NCBI GenBank assembly: GCA_963729625.1
Contig: CAVSOU010000010.1
Span: forward strand, 1,120,001-1,184,000
Reading direction: 5' to 3'
DNA: 64,000 bases
Origin: an uncultured bacterium
GTDB lineage: Bacteria > Chloroflexota > UBA5177 > JANWHV01
Positions 62,136-64,000 of this stretch are shown here, piece by piece (within the stretch, counting starts at the first letter, position 1; each line of letters begins with the position of its first letter). The position numbers and the translations under genes are program-made. The notes below the pieces were generated by a model, which was given only the letters and a program-made list of their open reading frames with translations, ran no database searches and was not told the DNA's origin.

Positions 62136-63326
62136 ATGCAGGAAGAGCTTACCGGCCGGGAGCGGCTTCTTCGAACATTCAGACACGAAAAGGTCGATCG
62201 CGTCCCGCTTTCGCCGTTTCTGTACTACAACTCGACCTACGAGATGTTCAAGTACAAACCCGCAATCGATAGCTTCTTCGATCCTCCGGATTTCGACCCG
62301 ATTGTAAAGTTCGTCGAGTATTGCGGCTACTTCGGGTTCGACGTTCTGCACTCGCTCGGCAGCGTGTGGGATTTTCATACGGCGTATAACTCCACTAACG
62401 ACCGCAGCTTCGTCCGCAGTGCCGACAACTGGGATGTCACGATTGCTGAGGAGCGGCGAGGAGACGACGAAAAGCGTCGGACGGTGACCATTCGCACTCC
62501 GGCTGGACACCTGCGTCTGGCGGAAGAGTACAAGCGCACGTCGACGTACCTGATCGTGTCGGCCCCGGTGGAGTATCCCGTCAAGACGAGGCAAGACTTC
62601 GAGATTATTCGGCGCTACGCTCCGCCAGGCGACGAGATGGATTGCAGCCTGGTGCGGCGAGCCAGATACGCGGTTGGCGACCGGGGCTTGGTGTCCACAT
62701 GCATGCACGGCGTCTTTAACCAGGTGGCGCAGTTCCGCAAGCTCGAAGACGTGATGGTTGATCCGCTTGAGGACGAGGCTCTCTCCAGGGACATGATGGA
62801 GTTCGCGCTGGATCGGATTATCAAGCGCGCGACGAAGATCATGGCGAACGGAGGCGAAGTGATCGAGTGCGCGGCCAACCTGGCGGGTAGCGGGGTGGGA
62901 CCGCGCTTCTATCGGAAGAATGTGATGCCGTATGAGAACCGGCTCATGAAGGCCCTCCATGACCTGGGCGCCATGGTCATCTTCCACAACTGCGGCGATG
63001 CGTCCAGGATTATGCACCTGTACAACGAGATGGATATGGATGTCTGGGGTTACCTCACGCCTGCACCGTTCGGAGACGTGGAGTTGGATGACGCGGTGCG
63101 CGTGATGCGGCCCGACCTCATACTGCGGGGCAATATCGACCAGGTTGAGTTCATGATGAGGGCGACGCCGCGCGAGGTGAGAGAACGTGTCCGGCAGGTA
63201 CTGGCGACGGTGAAGTCGCGCGGCAACTTCATCCTGTCTACTACCGACTTCTTCTTTGACGGTACCCCGTATGAGAACATAATGGCTTTTGCCAACGCGG
63301 GTCGGGAGTTCGGACAATACGGATGA
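62136..63326 (+). CDS. URO-D/MtaA family protein (#9)
   Basis: TGRERLLRTF.HEKVDRVP, YPVK, FHNCG, GNID, FILSTTD. Confidence 0.88.
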   Translation: MQEELTGRERLLRTFRHEKVDRVPLSPFLYYNSTYEMFKYKPAIDSFFDPPDFDPIVKFVEYCGYFGFDVLHSLGSVWDFHTAYNSTNDRSFVRSADNWDVTIAEERRGDDEKRRTVTIRTPAGHLRLAEEYKRTSTYLIVSAPVEYPVKTRQDFEIIRRYAPPGDEMDCSLVRRARYAVGDRGLVSTCMHGVFNQVAQFRKLEDVMVDPLEDEALSRDMMEFALDRIIKRATKIMANGGEVIECAANLAGSGVGPRFYRKNVMPYENRLMKALHDLGAMVIFHNCGDASRIMHLYNEMDMDVWGYLTPAPFGDVELDDAVRVMRPDLILRGNIDQVEFMMRATPREVRERVRQVLATVKSRGNFILSTTDFFFDGTPYENIMAFANAGREFGQYG

Positions 63327-63350
63327 GCGAGATCGAGAGAGGAGGCACCC

Positions 63351-64000
63351 GTGTCCATTCGTGAGATTGCCTACGAAGGTCAGATGGCTCTCTCGTACGA
63401 GACCGACAGACTCGCCCTCATAGTCCTGCCACGTATCGGCGGCAAGGTGATATCGCTCGTCGACCGGACGACGAATCGCGAGCTTCTGTGGCGCGAACCG
63501 AACCGTCCGATTCGCCAGCCGGCATACGGCGCATCATATGACCAGTTCGACATCAGCGGCTGGGATGAATGCTTTCCCACCATCGCGCCCTGCTTGTATC
63601 CTAGCGCGCCGTGGTCGAATACTGCTCTTCCCGATCATGGAGAATTGTGGACTGCCGTTTGGTCCGCGGACTCGGACGGCAACGACCTGATCATGCGTGC
63701 CGGCAGCAGGTCGCTGCCCTATACCTTCGAGCGGCGGTTTCAGCCGAGTGCCGGCGGATTGCGGGTACAGTACCGAGTGACAAACACGGCTACTGAGACG
63801 TTGGCGTGTCTGTGGTCCATGCACCCATTCTTCGCCGTGTCTCCCACGACGCGGATCGTGCTGCCCGAGAATGTACGTGTTCGCGTCGAGCTCTCCAAGC
63901 ACGATCGCCTCGGCGCGCGGGGATCCCTACATCCCTGGCCGATCACGCGCGACGGCGCCGGGTGCCCGGTCGATCTGGGAATTATCGGGCCTCCGCGGCA
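63351..64000 (+). CDS. Galactose mutarotase-like / aldose 1-epimerase fold protein (partial)
   Basis: Manual translation: VLPRIGGKVISL.D....RELLW, SGWDECFPTI, LPDHGELW, WSMHPFF; GGAGG RBS; runs off the window end. Confidence 0.8.
   Translation, partial: MSIREIAYEGQMALSYETDRLALIVLPRIGGKVISLVDRTTNRELLWREPNRPIRQPAYGASYDQFDISGWDECFPTIAPCLYPSAPWSNTALPDHGELWTAVWSADSDGNDLIMRAGSRSLPYTFERRFQPSAGGLRVQYRVTNTATETLACLWSMHPFFAVSPTTRIVLPENVRVRVELSKHDRLGARGSLHPWPITRDGAGCPVDLGIIGPPR

Overview
A GC-rich bacterial chromosomal segment with about 55 genes, almost all for carbohydrate or sugar-acid catabolism; Chloroflexota is a tentative guess from gene content only. I saw no rRNA, tRNA, CRISPR array, phage gene or intact transposase. 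(1) Nine full-length uroporphyrinogen-decarboxylase/MtaA-fold (URO-D) genes plus one relic fragment are present. They lack the HemE motif, have varied metal-ligand motifs, and have no corrinoid partner protein in the window. They are interleaved with UxaE, an atypical FSA/transaldolase, three DapA-family aldolases, three D-2-hydroxyacid dehydrogenases, a LarA-like protein, an enolase-superfamily dehydratase, an FAH-family enzyme, DhaKL, a 2-oxoacid dehydrogenase E2/E1 set, GntK and KdgK. (2) A 13-bp motif GTCAACAGT(AT/TG)AC occurs at eight promoter positions between 2.8 and 34.1 kb and overlaps -35 or -10 boxes; it probably defines one GntR-family regulon. (3) A trans-4-hydroxy-L-proline dehydratase (hypD) glycyl radical enzyme and its activase occur without proC. 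(4) A DUF1080 + Gfo/Idh/MocA pair is present. (5) Three genes carry small frameshifts, possibly assembly errors, and a sugar ABC operon has collapsed by deletion. All calls come from reading motifs by eye; no database search was run.
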